From IMG/VR virus record IMGVR_UViG_3300009551_000005, positions 1-64,000 of that record: a DNA stretch of 64,000 nucleotides; one strand, 5' to 3'. Under the pieces are notes generated by a model. That model was not told the DNA's origin. It was given only the letters and a program-made list of their open reading frames with translations, and did no database searches. Position 1 is the first letter of the stretch, and each line of letters begins with the position of its first letter. The translations under genes and the position numbers were made by a program. The DNA is from a virus. This document shows, in pieces, positions 1 to 9,232 of the stretch.

Positions 1-240
1 CTCCTCGAGGAGTCGAAGACCGAGATCCAGGGGCTTCGTACGCGCGCGAAGGACCTCGTTGCGAAGAACGAGCACTACTTGTCCGTCATGCGCGCGGCGA
101 CCACGCGGCTCGACCAGTTTCTCGACGCGCGCCGCAATCCCAAGGACGCGAACACGCGCAACTCGGAGGTCACGGTGAACTTCGCAATCACTGTCATCGA
201 AGAGGCGCACGGCATGCTGACCAGCGCGGGGCCGCGATGA
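1..240 (+). CDS. hypothetical protein, 5'-truncated
   Basis: Open frame from base 1 (LLEESKTEIQ...) to TGA 238-240, overlapping the next ATG (ATGA). Confidence 0.6.
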   Translation, partial: LLEESKTEIQGLRTRAKDLVAKNEHYLSVMRAATTRLDQFLDARRNPKDANTRNSEVTVNFAITVIEEAHGMLTSAGPR

Positions 241-755
241 AGAACGACCAAGAGCCCGCGCGCATCGTCAGGAAGGCTGACAACTTCGCCGAAGTCCGCC
301 TCAGCTCCGTGGAGACGTATCGCGTGTCGTGGGGACTCCCCGGTGAGCCAGTCCACCTCGAGCAGGTGGGCTTTCACCGCTCCACCGTGACGCCTCCCTT
401 CATGCGCGAGCTCGCGCGCGTGCTCCATCTCGTCGCCGGCGAAGTCGACACGAGCTTCAAGGTGCCCAACACCGTCACGGAGCTCCACGAGCGTCTCGCC
501 GCCGAAGAGCAGAAGGCAAAAGCGCTCAACGAGTTGCTTCAGGAAGAGAAGCGACGCGCTTACCACTGGCGCGGCTCTCCCACGGACCTCGCGACGGACC
601 TCCGCGCCCTTCTCACCGAGCAGGAAACGCAGCAGCTCATCGACGCGCTCGCAGAGAAGCTCAAGCCCGAGGAGCCTCATCTCCCGTCGCCTGCTCCGAA
701 GAGGAGGGGTACGCCGATGCCGAAACCCGACGACGGCTCTGGATTGGGGTTCTGA
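237..755 (+). CDS. hypothetical protein
   Basis: ORF with GC3-biased codons, translationally coupled. Confidence 0.65.
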   Translation: MKNDQEPARIVRKADNFAEVRLSSVETYRVSWGLPGEPVHLEQVGFHRSTVTPPFMRELARVLHLVAGEVDTSFKVPNTVTELHERLAAEEQKAKALNELLQEEKRRAYHWRGSPTDLATDLRALLTEQETQQLIDALAEKLKPEEPHLPSPAPKRRGTPMPKPDDGSGLGF

Positions 756-756
756 G

Positions 757-1191
757 ATGGACGCCAACAAGCACGCCGTTCTCCGCCAGATCGGTTACCG
801 CATCCCGCAGACCTGCGACCTCTGCGTGAACGGGCAGTTCAACGTCGGCGCGTACTTCGGCACCTGCGCGCTCCACACCTACGAGCACGAGAAGCACTCC
901 GAGAAGCGCCGCCACCTCTCCATCTACACGGGAGGCACATGCTCCTCTTTCAAGGAGCGTGAGACCGCCAAGACTCTGCTCTCGGAGTTTCATCAGTTCC
1001 TCCAAGCTCCGTCTCCCGATGCCGACTACGCGCGTGGACACGTCGCCGGCGTGAAGTCCTCCATCGACGCGGTGGAGTGGCTCCAGTCTCTCAGGCCACA
1101 AGCCGATATCTCGCGCGTCCTCGTCACGCTGCGCACGCACCTCGAGACCGCAGAGAAGGTCCTCGAGCAGTGGGAGAAGCCCAGGCCTTGA
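757..1191 (+). CDS. hypothetical protein, Cys/His metal-binding N-terminus
   Basis: CDLC...C..H...C motif; adjacent to neighbouring ORFs. Confidence 0.65.
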   Translation: MDANKHAVLRQIGYRIPQTCDLCVNGQFNVGAYFGTCALHTYEHEKHSEKRRHLSIYTGGTCSSFKERETAKTLLSEFHQFLQAPSPDADYARGHVAGVKSSIDAVEWLQSLRPQADISRVLVTLRTHLETAEKVLEQWEKPRP

Positions 1192-1379
1192 AGACAAGCG
1201 TGCAGATTGCACACGAAGCTCTCAACGCGCACATGAAGCGCTTCCAAGGGCAGCTCCTCACGCAGGGCACGTTCGCCAGCGAGGAGTTCGACCGGCTCTA
1301 CAACGTCTGGATCACAGCGCGTTGGGACGCTGGCGATCCTTGGGTTCGTTCCGTCTGGAAGACGCGACCGATTCCCTGA
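1188..1379 (+). CDS. hypothetical protein
   Basis: TTG start overlapping the upstream TGA. Confidence 0.45.
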   Translation: MKTSVQIAHEALNAHMKRFQGQLLTQGTFASEEFDRLYNVWITARWDAGDPWVRSVWKTRPIP

Positions 1380-1407
1380 CGCGTGTCTCGTCTGCTACCT
1401 CAAGAAC

Positions 1408-2143
1408 ATGGCGAGGAAAGCGCACGGGCAACCGAGGCGATCGGCTGTCGATTCACCAGCTCAGAAACAGGGCGCCCCCGAGAACCTCAACAAGGGCGGC
1501 GACACACTCGTCGACCGCAGGATCTGGAGCGCGGCGGAGACGCAGGCGCACGAGGCGTCCGTCGAGGCGTGGCTCACGCAGGGTGCGACGTTCACGGCCA
1601 TCGAGCAGTCGCTCATGGGCCAGGTGCCCGGCATGTCGAAGTACCGCGCGATGAAGCTCGTGCGGCGCGTCTTCGAGCGCTGGCGCCAGGAGGACATGGA
1701 GCGGAGGGAGCACGCGCTCGGAGCAGATCCGCCGCGTGTTCGGTCACCTCAACAAGGCGCTCAAGCCGAAGTTTCGTCCGCGCATGGTGGGTGACATCGG
1801 CACGGCGAACCGGCGCGAGATCCAGGAGGAGCTCCCGCTGAACCACATGGCCATCGCGCGCTACGAGAACCTGTTGGCCGATCTCCAGGGCACGCGCGAG
1901 CCCATCAAGATCGACGTCGACGTGCGCGTCTCGCAGGCGCTCGTGCCGGTGATGATCGGTCTCACCGGGGAGCAGGTGCGCCACCTCCTCGAGCGCGGAC
2001 GCGAGCGCCTTCGCCTCGCACGCCTCGCGGTGGAGCAGCTCAAGTTGGAGCCGGATGCGGACTACGAGCTCGTGAAGGTGCCGAAGGTGAGACCGGGCGA
2101 GAAGGAACCCGTCATCGACACGAAGGGCGAGGAGGTGAAGTGA
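1408..2143 (+). CDS. putative terminase small subunit, split by an apparent frameshift near 1713-1718
   Basis: ORFs 1408..1794 and 1736..2143 join into one helical protein if a CG is restored in CACGCGCTCG; lies shortly upstream of terL. Confidence 0.5.
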
Positions 2144-2700
2144 TGGCACGCGTGCTCCGCGGCGGGACTCCGCACGACAACGTCCACTTCTTCCAGCGCT
2201 ACCTCGACGACCCGATCGATCCGAAGCTCGTGAGCTCCGCGGTGGTCGCTGACTCGCTCTCCGTCGTCGACGAGTCGGACACGCTGACGCTCGCGCATGT
2301 GCAGGATGCGGTGAAGCTCCTCCGCGAAGCGAACGTGCCCGCGTTCGAGGGCTGCTACTCCGTTGCGCTTCACCCGCTCGCCATCCGCGACATGCGCAGC
2401 GAGGACACGCACCACCGCCTCTGGCGCGCCATCTGGAAGGTCTCTCCGAGCTCGTGGAAGTGCCCCTGTGACGCGGAGCGCGTGCCCGTTGGGTGCGAGC
2501 GCACGTACGCGGAGATGAGCGCTCTCGGAGGCCGTCTCACGCTCGAGTGGAGGCGTTGGGAGCGGAGCGGCTACAACCGCGAGGCCTTCGCGCCGTCCGA
2601 GAAGCTCCTCCGTGACGTAGGACCGATCGGGCGGAGCGCGTGGTGCGCGGAGTGGGATGACGTTCGGGCGCGCGATCTGGTCATGAGGCACGGACTGTGA
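2143..2700 (+). CDS. hypothetical protein
   Basis: GGAGG RBS; coupled ORF. Confidence 0.6.
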   Translation: MARVLRGGTPHDNVHFFQRYLDDPIDPKLVSSAVVADSLSVVDESDTLTLAHVQDAVKLLREANVPAFEGCYSVALHPLAIRDMRSEDTHHRLWRAIWKVSPSSWKCPCDAERVPVGCERTYAEMSALGGRLTLEWRRWERSGYNREAFAPSEKLLRDVGPIGRSAWCAEWDDVRARDLVMRHGL

Positions 2701-2996
2701 GCGCGCGCTCGAAGTGGGTGGGCACACCTTCGCCCAGGCAACTCCCAATTCGCGAGACTGCGCTGCCGAGCGTCTATTGGGCTGCGAGCGGCTGGGGCAT
2801 CCGTCTCGAAGAGCCCGACGATATCCACTCGGCTATGGCGCCCATGTCGCTACCGCCGGAGCACTGGCGCGAAACCGTGCTGCGCATCTTGCACCTCACC
2901 GAGGGACACGACCCAGACCCCGACGACCAGCGGCCCGATGGAGCGTGCCCGCTCTGCGAGAAGATCGCCGCAGTGCTCTTGGAGGTGCGTCCGTGA
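2697..2996 (+). CDS. hypothetical protein
   Basis: GTGA-coupled at both ends; CPLC motif. Confidence 0.55.
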   Translation: MSARSKWVGTPSPRQLPIRETALPSVYWAASGWGIRLEEPDDIHSAMAPMSLPPEHWRETVLRILHLTEGHDPDPDDQRPDGACPLCEKIAAVLLEVRP

Positions 2997-4813
2997 TCTT
3001 CGGAAACACCGCGCTCGCGCCGAACCCCATCGACCTTCGCGACGGCAAGTGGCTCCTCGCCAACGGCTCGGCGGAGGACACGGCCATTGTCCGTGACGAG
3101 CTCCTCCTCGAGGCCGCCGACGCGCGCACCGACATCAAGAAGTTCTTCGACTTCGTGATGCGCGAGCAGACCACGCGAAGGCCCATCACCGCGCTCCCGC
3201 ACCAGCGCGTGGCGCTCGACTTCGTGATGGATCACCAGCGCTCTCTTCTCGTCATGCCCCCGGGCTTCAGCAAGACGTTCATGCTGACGGCCATCTGCCT
3301 CTTCATCATGGGTCACGAGCCCACGATGCGCGGGCTCTTCGTCTCCGCGACGCGTGCGCAGTCCGAGAAGGTCCTCGCCGTCATCCGCGGCTACATCGAG
3401 AACAGCCAGGAGCTCCGCCTTGTGTTCCCGGGTCTCGTGCCGACGCGGCGCCAGGGTGAGAAGTGGACGCAGCACGCGCTCACGGTGGACCGTCCCGCGG
3501 GCATCAACGACCCCACGCTCGTGGCCGTGGGACTCGATTCCGAGTCCATCGCCGGTTCGCGCCTCAACTTCGTCGTCGCCGACGATCTGCTCACCGAGGA
3601 GAACACCGGCACGAAGGACCAGCGCGACGACATCTACAACTGGTTCGCGCAGATCCTCAGGACGCGTCTCGACCCCGGGCACAACATGTCCAAGCTCGTG
3701 GTCATCAACACGCCGTGGCACCACGACGATCTCGTCGCGCGCCTCGAGATGCGTGGGCCGGAGGGCGCAGGCTCGGCGACGCTCAAGATGGACGTCTACG
3801 GTGACATCACCGTGCTCGACGACGAGACAGGGCCGGAGCAGGCCGCTGACGAGGGCAAGGAATGGGAGCCGTGGGACAGCGACGAGCTCCGTCCACGCTC
3901 TCCGGGGGACGCGTCCGATCCGATTTGCCGGCTCGTCGCTCATGACCCGGACAACGACAACCAGAAGCCGCTCTGGCCGGGCAAGTTCGGCGTGAAGGAG
4001 ATCAACCAGATCCAGCGGACGACGCTGGAGAACATCTTCCTCCGCAATTACCGCCTGCTCGTGCGCGACGACGCGACGGCCATGTGCCCGCTCTCCTACG
4101 TGGAGAAGGGGAAGCTCCGCGCCCACCAGCTTGGGTACGACCAGATGGGCGCAGCGCTCGTCCGTCGGCACCAGGACATGAACACCTTCACCGGCGTCGA
4201 CCTCGCGGTCCGTCAGGGGGAGGCAAACGACAAGGTGGCGTTCTTCACGTTCGGCGTTGTGCCCTCAACCGCGCAGGTCGGAGCGCAGATGCTACGCCTC
4301 GTCCTCGACGTGGAGGAGGGCCAGTGGCCGGCGCACGTCATCCTCGAGAAGGTCATCCTGAAGCACGTGCTCTACGGCTCGAGCATCATGGTCGAGAACA
4401 ACGCGGCGCAGGAGTACATCGTCCAGATGTTCGACTCGCCGGAGATCATGAAGGCGGTCATCGAGAAGCTGCGGCGCGAGGGGCACAACGTGCCGGAGGA
4501 CATTGCGATCCCGGTGCGCGGCTACACGACGGGTTCGCAGAAGGCCAACCCGACGTTCGGCGTGCCGTCCATCTTCCTCGAGATGAGCCACGGCGGCTGG
4601 CTCTTTCCGTGCCGCGAAGAGGGCGGGAAGCTTGTCTGCACCTACCCGCTCCAGCGCGCGCTCGACCAGGCGATGAACTACCGGCCGGAGGAGCACACCG
4701 GCGACGCGCTCATGGCGTGGTGGTTCGCCAAGGAGCTCGCGCGTAAGTGGGGACTTCTCACGTACCTGGGAGAGGACGGCGGAGGCGGCGTCGGCTCGGT
4801 CATGCAGCGGTAG
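2993..4813 (+). CDS. terL: terminase large subunit
   Basis: Walker A-like MPPGFSKT, Walker B GSRLNFVVADD, INTPWHHDDL coupling motif, RNase H-like FTGVDLA and GDALMA; GGAGG before GTG 2993. Confidence 0.92.
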   Translation: MIFGNTALAPNPIDLRDGKWLLANGSAEDTAIVRDELLLEAADARTDIKKFFDFVMREQTTRRPITALPHQRVALDFVMDHQRSLLVMPPGFSKTFMLTAICLFIMGHEPTMRGLFVSATRAQSEKVLAVIRGYIENSQELRLVFPGLVPTRRQGEKWTQHALTVDRPAGINDPTLVAVGLDSESIAGSRLNFVVADDLLTEENTGTKDQRDDIYNWFAQILRTRLDPGHNMSKLVVINTPWHHDDLVARLEMRGPEGAGSATLKMDVYGDITVLDDETGPEQAADEGKEWEPWDSDELRPRSPGDASDPICRLVAHDPDNDNQKPLWPGKFGVKEINQIQRTTLENIFLRNYRLLVRDDATAMCPLSYVEKGKLRAHQLGYDQMGAALVRRHQDMNTFTGVDLAVRQGEANDKVAFFTFGVVPSTAQVGAQMLRLVLDVEEGQWPAHVILEKVILKHVLYGSSIMVENNAAQEYIVQMFDSPEIMKAVIEKLRREGHNVPEDIAIPVRGYTTGSQKANPTFGVPSIFLEMSHGGWLFPCREEGGKLVCTYPLQRALDQAMNYRPEEHTGDALMAWWFAKELARKWGLLTYLGEDGGGGVGSVMQR

Positions 4814-4815
4814 CG

Positions 4816-4839
4816 CCGTCGGTGATCGATCACCGACGG
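4816..4839. repeat. 24-bp perfect palindrome, copy 1
   Basis: CCGTCGGTGATCGATCACCGACGG (extends to 28 bp, 4814-4841), right after the terL stop and abutting GCGGCAT. Confidence 0.97.
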
Positions 4840-4855
4840 CGGCATGCCGGTGGTC

Positions 4856-5155
4856 ATGAAACCCACCATTCGCCCCGAAGACGTCCTCGCAGTCAGTGAC
4901 TCCTATCTCATCGCGGTGCCCGCCGCGCAGGTTCAAGCCTTCCGCGAGCTCGCGCGCGTCCACGCGGAGCTCGATGCGACGGACAAGCGCCTCTGCAACG
5001 AGTCCGAGGCGCTCTCGAAGGCCATTCGTGACCTCCTCGCCGGTGACGCAGACGTGACCATCGGACAGCTCCGTGAACTGGCCGCTGTTGTGGATCGCCT
5101 ACTTGTTCAACGCGGAGCTCTCGCACCGCGTTTACGACATCCGGCGCATGGCTGA
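4856..5155 (+). CDS. hypothetical protein
   Basis: ORF; ATG 4856 chosen because it lies 10 nt after GCGGCAT. Confidence 0.55.
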   Translation: MKPTIRPEDVLAVSDSYLIAVPAAQVQAFRELARVHAELDATDKRLCNESEALSKAIRDLLAGDADVTIGQLRELAAVVDRLLVQRGALAPRLRHPAHG

Positions 5156-5480
5156 CGACCTGCGCGGACGCGGAGAGATCGCCGCGGCGCTGGCCACCGA
5201 GAAGGTCCTCGCGCACCTGAAGGCGGCGGAGGCGCTCCAGAAAGAGCTCGAGGACGTCTGGCACGCGGTGGAGTGGCATCGCTCTGGCGACTGGAGCGCG
5301 GAGGCAGTCATCAAGGCGTGCCGTGAGCACGAGGCGAAGCACAAGCCCGCGCGCGAGGAGTGGGTGGCGATGGCCGTCGTCATCAGCCTCGAGGAAGTCT
5401 CGCGCATGGCGCACGAGCAGCTTCTCAGAGCGATCAGCGGCATCGATCCAGACGCGAGCGGTTCGCCGCGCCGGAGCTGA
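5148..5480 (+). CDS. hypothetical protein
   Basis: ORF with DVWHAVEWHRSGD segment. Confidence 0.55.
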   Translation: MADDLRGRGEIAAALATEKVLAHLKAAEALQKELEDVWHAVEWHRSGDWSAEAVIKACREHEAKHKPAREEWVAMAVVISLEEVSRMAHEQLLRAISGIDPDASGSPRRS

Positions 5481-5543
5481 GTCCCGGCCGCGGACGGGTA
5501 CTTGGGATCGCCGTCGGGAGGTTCGACTCCTCCCCGGCGGACC
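5460..5543 (+). ncRNA. tRNA-like structured element
   Basis: T-arm GGGAGG-TTCGACT-CCTCCC, closing stem GGTTCGCCG/CGGCGGACC, two further stems; anticodon arm non-canonical. Confidence 0.5.
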
Positions 5544-5568
5544 GCTCGCCTTCATCAGGAGGCAAGCG

Positions 5569-6198
5569 ATGGAATCATCGGCGAAGGACTTCAGCGAGAT
5601 CGCTGACGCGCTCAGAGACCAGGGTTGGACGCTGGAGAAGACGGCGGACAATCACATGAAGGCGTTCCCACCGGACAAGACGAAGAGCATGGTCGTCTTC
5701 AGCGCCAAGAGCGGAGACTTCCGAGCGATACGGAACACGATCGCGCAGCTCCGAAGGTCTGGTTTCCAGTGGCCGCCCAGAGACGGGTTCGTTCCGCCGG
5801 CTCCACTGCCGCTCATGCCCCATCCGCTCCGTCCGGCGAGCAACAGGAACATCGAGCGCGAAGTTGTCGCGGAGGTGACCGCGCAGGTGCTCGCGCCGCT
5901 GGAGAAGATCGCGGTGGAAGTCCTCGCCGGCAAGGCGACGAACGAGGAGCTCGACGAGTACGTGGAAGCGCATCCGCCCGCGCCTCCACCGTCGCAAGGC
6001 GACGCGCTCGAGGCGCTCTTTCGTGAGCTGAAGGACGCGAAGCAGAACCTCGTGCTCTGCGACGAGATGGTCGCTCACTGCGCGGAGGTCCTCGAGAAGG
6101 CTCGGTTGGACCACGAGGATGCGAAGAGCGAGAGCGTGCGCGCAGTGGAGCGCCTGCGGCAGGCCAAGGCGAAGTTCGATGCGGAGTTCGGCCGATGA
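5569..6198 (+). CDS. HicA-like (dsRBD-fold) domain protein with C-terminal coiled coil
   Basis: ALRDQGWTLEKTADNHMKAFPPD...SGDFRAIRNTIAQLRRSG pattern; AGGAGG RBS. Confidence 0.65.
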   Translation: MESSAKDFSEIADALRDQGWTLEKTADNHMKAFPPDKTKSMVVFSAKSGDFRAIRNTIAQLRRSGFQWPPRDGFVPPAPLPLMPHPLRPASNRNIEREVVAEVTAQVLAPLEKIAVEVLAGKATNEELDEYVEAHPPAPPPSQGDALEALFRELKDAKQNLVLCDEMVAHCAEVLEKARLDHEDAKSESVRAVERLRQAKAKFDAEFGR

Positions 6199-6677
6199 GC
6201 GCTCTTCTCGACGCCGTTCGGCCCATCCTCGGAGCGCCGCTCACGGGCGCGATTGGTCGCGCGTTCCACTTCATGGAGGTCGCGGAGGACGAGATCGCGC
6301 GAGCGTGCGCCGGCAAGCGCGGGAAGCTGCGTGAACGCGTGCACGGCTCGTTTCGCCATCTCGCGCCCGGACCGCTCATCGGGCTCTGCGATGACGTCTA
6401 CAGACACCATTGCCGGGAGATCATCGAGCGCGTCGCGCGCGCCGAAGACGTGCGCCCGGCGACGAAGGCGGAGGTCATGGCGCTCATCTCGCAGGCCAGC
6501 CTCGCCGCGCCGCCCACGCACGTCGCCGGAGCGCTCATGCTGCGCATCTTCAACGAGGTGTTCCCCGAGAATCCCCAGCCGGTCGACGGACACTTCGCGG
6601 CAGTCCCGCGGGCCGACGTCGACGAGCTCTTCGCCGAGATGCGCAAGAAGGGCGCGCGGCATCGCGGAAAGCCATGA
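6195..6677 (+). CDS. hypothetical protein
   Basis: ATGA-coupled ORF. Confidence 0.65.
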   Translation: MSALLDAVRPILGAPLTGAIGRAFHFMEVAEDEIARACAGKRGKLRERVHGSFRHLAPGPLIGLCDDVYRHHCREIIERVARAEDVRPATKAEVMALISQASLAAPPTHVAGALMLRIFNEVFPENPQPVDGHFAAVPRADVDELFAEMRKKGARHRGKP

Positions 6678-6928
6678 GCAAGAAGCCGGTCGACAAGGCC
6701 AAGAACATCGCGCGCATGCTCACGCAGCTCGTCGATGAGGACGGAGACACGGGTAAGAGCGCCTACCGCGGGACGGACGGCATCGCCGTCTCGCCGGCGA
6801 GCATGCGCTCCGACCAGGCGAAGCCCGAGCTGCCGCCGCGCTGGTCGTTCCTTCTCGAGGAGCGCGAGACGCAGCTCAACGAGCCGCCGCGGAAGTGGCG
6901 TGTCACCGTGGAGGAGGTCTTCGAATGA
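6674..6928 (+). CDS. hypothetical protein
   Basis: ATGA-coupled; GCGGCAT-N11-ATG. Confidence 0.6.
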   Translation: MSKKPVDKAKNIARMLTQLVDEDGDTGKSAYRGTDGIAVSPASMRSDQAKPELPPRWSFLLEERETQLNEPPRKWRVTVEEVFE

Positions 6929-7305
6929 GGCTCAGGCTCGTCATCAAGCAAGCTGCGCGCGAGCTCTCCATCGGTCCGGGAGACTTCTTGGAGCTCGCCG
7001 GACCGCACGACGACTGCATCGACGCGCGCGTGTGGCTCGCCACGCACGGTCGGTTCATGCGCGACCACGTCTTGCCCGAGCTCCTCGCGAACTTCGAGGG
7101 GAAGGACATTCGCAAGGAAGCGGTCCGCGCGGAGGTCTGCAAGTTCGTCGCGTGGCTCGTGAAGCGCTACGTGGGAGACGCCGCGTTCGTGACGTTCCCT
7201 ACGCCGGAGAAACCAGACAAGAAGTTCTTCGAGGAGCGCGAGCGTCAGCCAGTGCTCACGCCGTCCACGTGCCGGCCGGAGCCTCCTTTCACGCGCCGTC
7301 GGTGA
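6925..7305 (+). CDS. hypothetical protein
   Basis: GGAGG RBS; its TGA stop lies inside palindrome copy 2. Confidence 0.6.
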   Translation: MRLRLVIKQAARELSIGPGDFLELAGPHDDCIDARVWLATHGRFMRDHVLPELLANFEGKDIRKEAVRAEVCKFVAWLVKRYVGDAAFVTFPTPEKPDKKFFEERERQPVLTPSTCRPEPPFTRRR

Positions 7306-7319
7306 TCGATCACCGACGG
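7296..7319. repeat. 24-bp palindrome, copy 2
   Basis: Exact copy; TAGCCT follows at 7326. Confidence 0.97.
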
Positions 7320-7351
7320 TGGCGGTAGCCTCTACGCGAAGTGAGGAAGAC

Positions 7352-7921
7352 GTGAACGACCAGCCCAAGCCCATGCCCGAGCGCCCGACGTTCCACGAGA
7401 TCTACATGGAGCTCGCGAAGCTCATGTCGCGCCGCTCCACGTGCTCACGCCTTCAGGTGGGCTGCGCGATCGTGTCCCAGGACTTCCGGCACGTCCTCGC
7501 GGTCGGCTACAACGGCGGAGCGTCAGGCCAGAGCAACGACTGCACGCCGTGTGGGACGTGCAGCGGGACGAAGCACTACAACGTCGACGTCTTCAATCCG
7601 GCGACGAGCCTCTTCGAAAGGACGCTGAAGGAGTGCCCGACGTGCCACGGCACGGGCTCGCCGCCGGGGCAGTGTGGTCATCTCCACGCGGAGGACAACG
7701 CGTGCATCAACTGCCATGCGCCGCGGTCCGAGCCCAAGATCGTCTTCACGACCGACTTGCCGTGTGACCAGTGCGCGAAGCGCCTCGTGAATCTCGGGGG
7801 AGTCGTGCGCCTGGTCTACGACCGGCCGTACAGGCTCACCGCAGGTCTCGACGTCTTGCGCGACGCTGGGATCATGGCCGCGCAGTACCTCTCGGACTTG
7901 GAGATCTCGTGGCGCTCGTGA
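7352..7921 (+). CDS. dCMP deaminase (ComEB/DCTD family) with Zn-finger insertion
   Basis: RSTCSRLQVGC, GYNG, HAEDN and PCDQC motifs. Confidence 0.88.
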   Translation: MNDQPKPMPERPTFHEIYMELAKLMSRRSTCSRLQVGCAIVSQDFRHVLAVGYNGGASGQSNDCTPCGTCSGTKHYNVDVFNPATSLFERTLKECPTCHGTGSPPGQCGHLHAEDNACINCHAPRSEPKIVFTTDLPCDQCAKRLVNLGGVVRLVYDRPYRLTAGLDVLRDAGIMAAQYLSDLEISWRS

Positions 7922-8175
7922 ACGTCACCACGCTCCGTGAGGTCCTCGAGCGCGAGCCCGCGGACCTCCGCGCTCAGCGCCTGGCGAAGCTCATCATCGC
8001 GGGCAAGCGCGCAGCCGCGCACATGGGGCAAGCGCGTGAAGCTGTCGGTCGGGCGGCACAGCACACGGTGAAGGGGAGCGGCTGCGCCGCGTCGACGAGT
8101 CACTCTGGCGCCGCCAATCACTTCGGGATCGCGGCGGGCTACGTGCGTGAGCTCATGGAGCTGCTCGATGGCTAA
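7918..8175 (+). CDS. hypothetical protein
   Basis: GTGA-coupled ORF. Confidence 0.5.
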   Translation: MNVTTLREVLEREPADLRAQRLAKLIIAGKRAAAHMGQAREAVGRAAQHTVKGSGCAASTSHSGAANHFGIAAGYVRELMELLDG

Positions 8176-8542
8176 CGTGCACGTCACTGATGGCCGGTAC
8201 GACCCGGGGAGTGGCTCGTTCACCGTCACCATCGTCATCTCGCCGGGAGCGACCAACGCCATTCGCGACATCTACGCGCGCTTGGATGGTCTGGCGGACG
8301 CGGTGACGCGCGCTGCGCGCTACAAGGCGGTCTCCAAGCTGGATCTCTTCGTGGAGGAGCTCCGCGCGGCACGTGCTCGCTACGCGGCGATGCGAGACAG
8401 CGTGGTCGGACCGCTCGACCTCTCCGTGCATTGGAGAAAACCCGCGCAGAGCCTGTCCCTTCGTCCGATCCTCCGCGCTCGCTCGTGCCCGAGGACGCGC
8501 GCCAGTCACCGGCGGAAGCTCCGCACGTGGGAGCGAACGTGA
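8168..8542 (+). CDS. hypothetical protein
   Basis: ORF, coupled to neighbours. Confidence 0.5.
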   Translation: MANVHVTDGRYDPGSGSFTVTIVISPGATNAIRDIYARLDGLADAVTRAARYKAVSKLDLFVEELRAARARYAAMRDSVVGPLDLSVHWRKPAQSLSLRPILRARSCPRTRASHRRKLRTWERT

Positions 8543-8886
8543 GCAAGTTCCTCGATCATGACCCGGACAAGATTGAGTTCATCGAGCTCGATGGCCGCGC
8601 GTTCGAAGCTGCGCGCAAAGCGTATGAGGAGCTCCGTCAGCACTACGAGAAAGAGCTTCACGAGATCTCCAAGCACTTGGTGATCAGCATCCCGCCGCAG
8701 TGCCAGGGCTCTCATGCGGCGCTCGCCGTCATGTACGGAATCCGCTACCCGTCTTACTGGCATGAGCCTCGAGGGCTGGGCGACGAAGGAGAGCGGCGGC
8801 ACGAAGAGGAAGGCTCTTCGCCGGCTGGAGCGTCTCCCGACGAGCGAGACGGGCAGGGGCGCGGCGGTTCCATTCCCTCACGCTGA
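8539..8886 (+). CDS. hypothetical protein
   Basis: GTGA-coupled; the 3' part overlaps the next gene, so the true end is uncertain. Confidence 0.45.
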   Translation: MSKFLDHDPDKIEFIELDGRAFEAARKAYEELRQHYEKELHEISKHLVISIPPQCQGSHAALAVMYGIRYPSYWHEPRGLGDEGERRHEEEGSSPAGASPDERDGQGRGGSIPSR

Positions 8887-9223
8887 GCGCCTCTGGCGCG
8901 CGGTCACCACGGAGGCGGAGCGGAAGAAGCTCATCGAGGATGCGCCCATCGAGGACGTGGAGCTCGACAAGCTGCACGCCACGCAGCACTCCGTCGTCCG
9001 CTCCAACGTGGAGCGGTACATCAAGGATCCCGGCGCGAAGCCATCGGCCATGGGGCCGAGCAACAGGCACGCGCGGCACGGCGGCAAGGTGGACTTCCCG
9101 ATCGTGTTCGTCGTCGACGGGCAGTGGCTCATCTACGACGGTCACCACCGCCTCACGGCGCACAAGCTCCAGGGCGATGAGTTCGCGCGAGCGCGCGTGG
9201 TGAGGCTCTCCGAAGCGGCATGA
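8762..9223 (+). CDS. ParB/Sulfiredoxin N-terminal-domain protein
   Basis: VELDKLHATQ...PIVFVVDGQWLIYDGHHRLTA motif. Confidence 0.8.
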   Translation: MSLEGWATKESGGTKRKALRRLERLPTSETGRGAAVPFPHAERLWRAVTTEAERKKLIEDAPIEDVELDKLHATQHSVVRSNVERYIKDPGAKPSAMGPSNRHARHGGKVDFPIVFVVDGQWLIYDGHHRLTAHKLQGDEFARARVVRLSEAA

Positions 9224-9232
9224 CCGCTGCTC

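Noticed and set aside
4816-4839. Palindrome as a rho-independent terminator
   Set aside because: There is no loop or U-tract, the sequence identity is far higher than folding requires, and two copies lie inside genes.
5460-5543. Canonical tRNA call
   Set aside because: There is no 7-nt anticodon loop, variable region or CCA; kept only as tRNA-like.
7300-7315. Resemblance of ATCACCG to the lambda operator half-site
   Set aside because: Half-sites are in the opposite arrangement and the match is short; likely coincidence.
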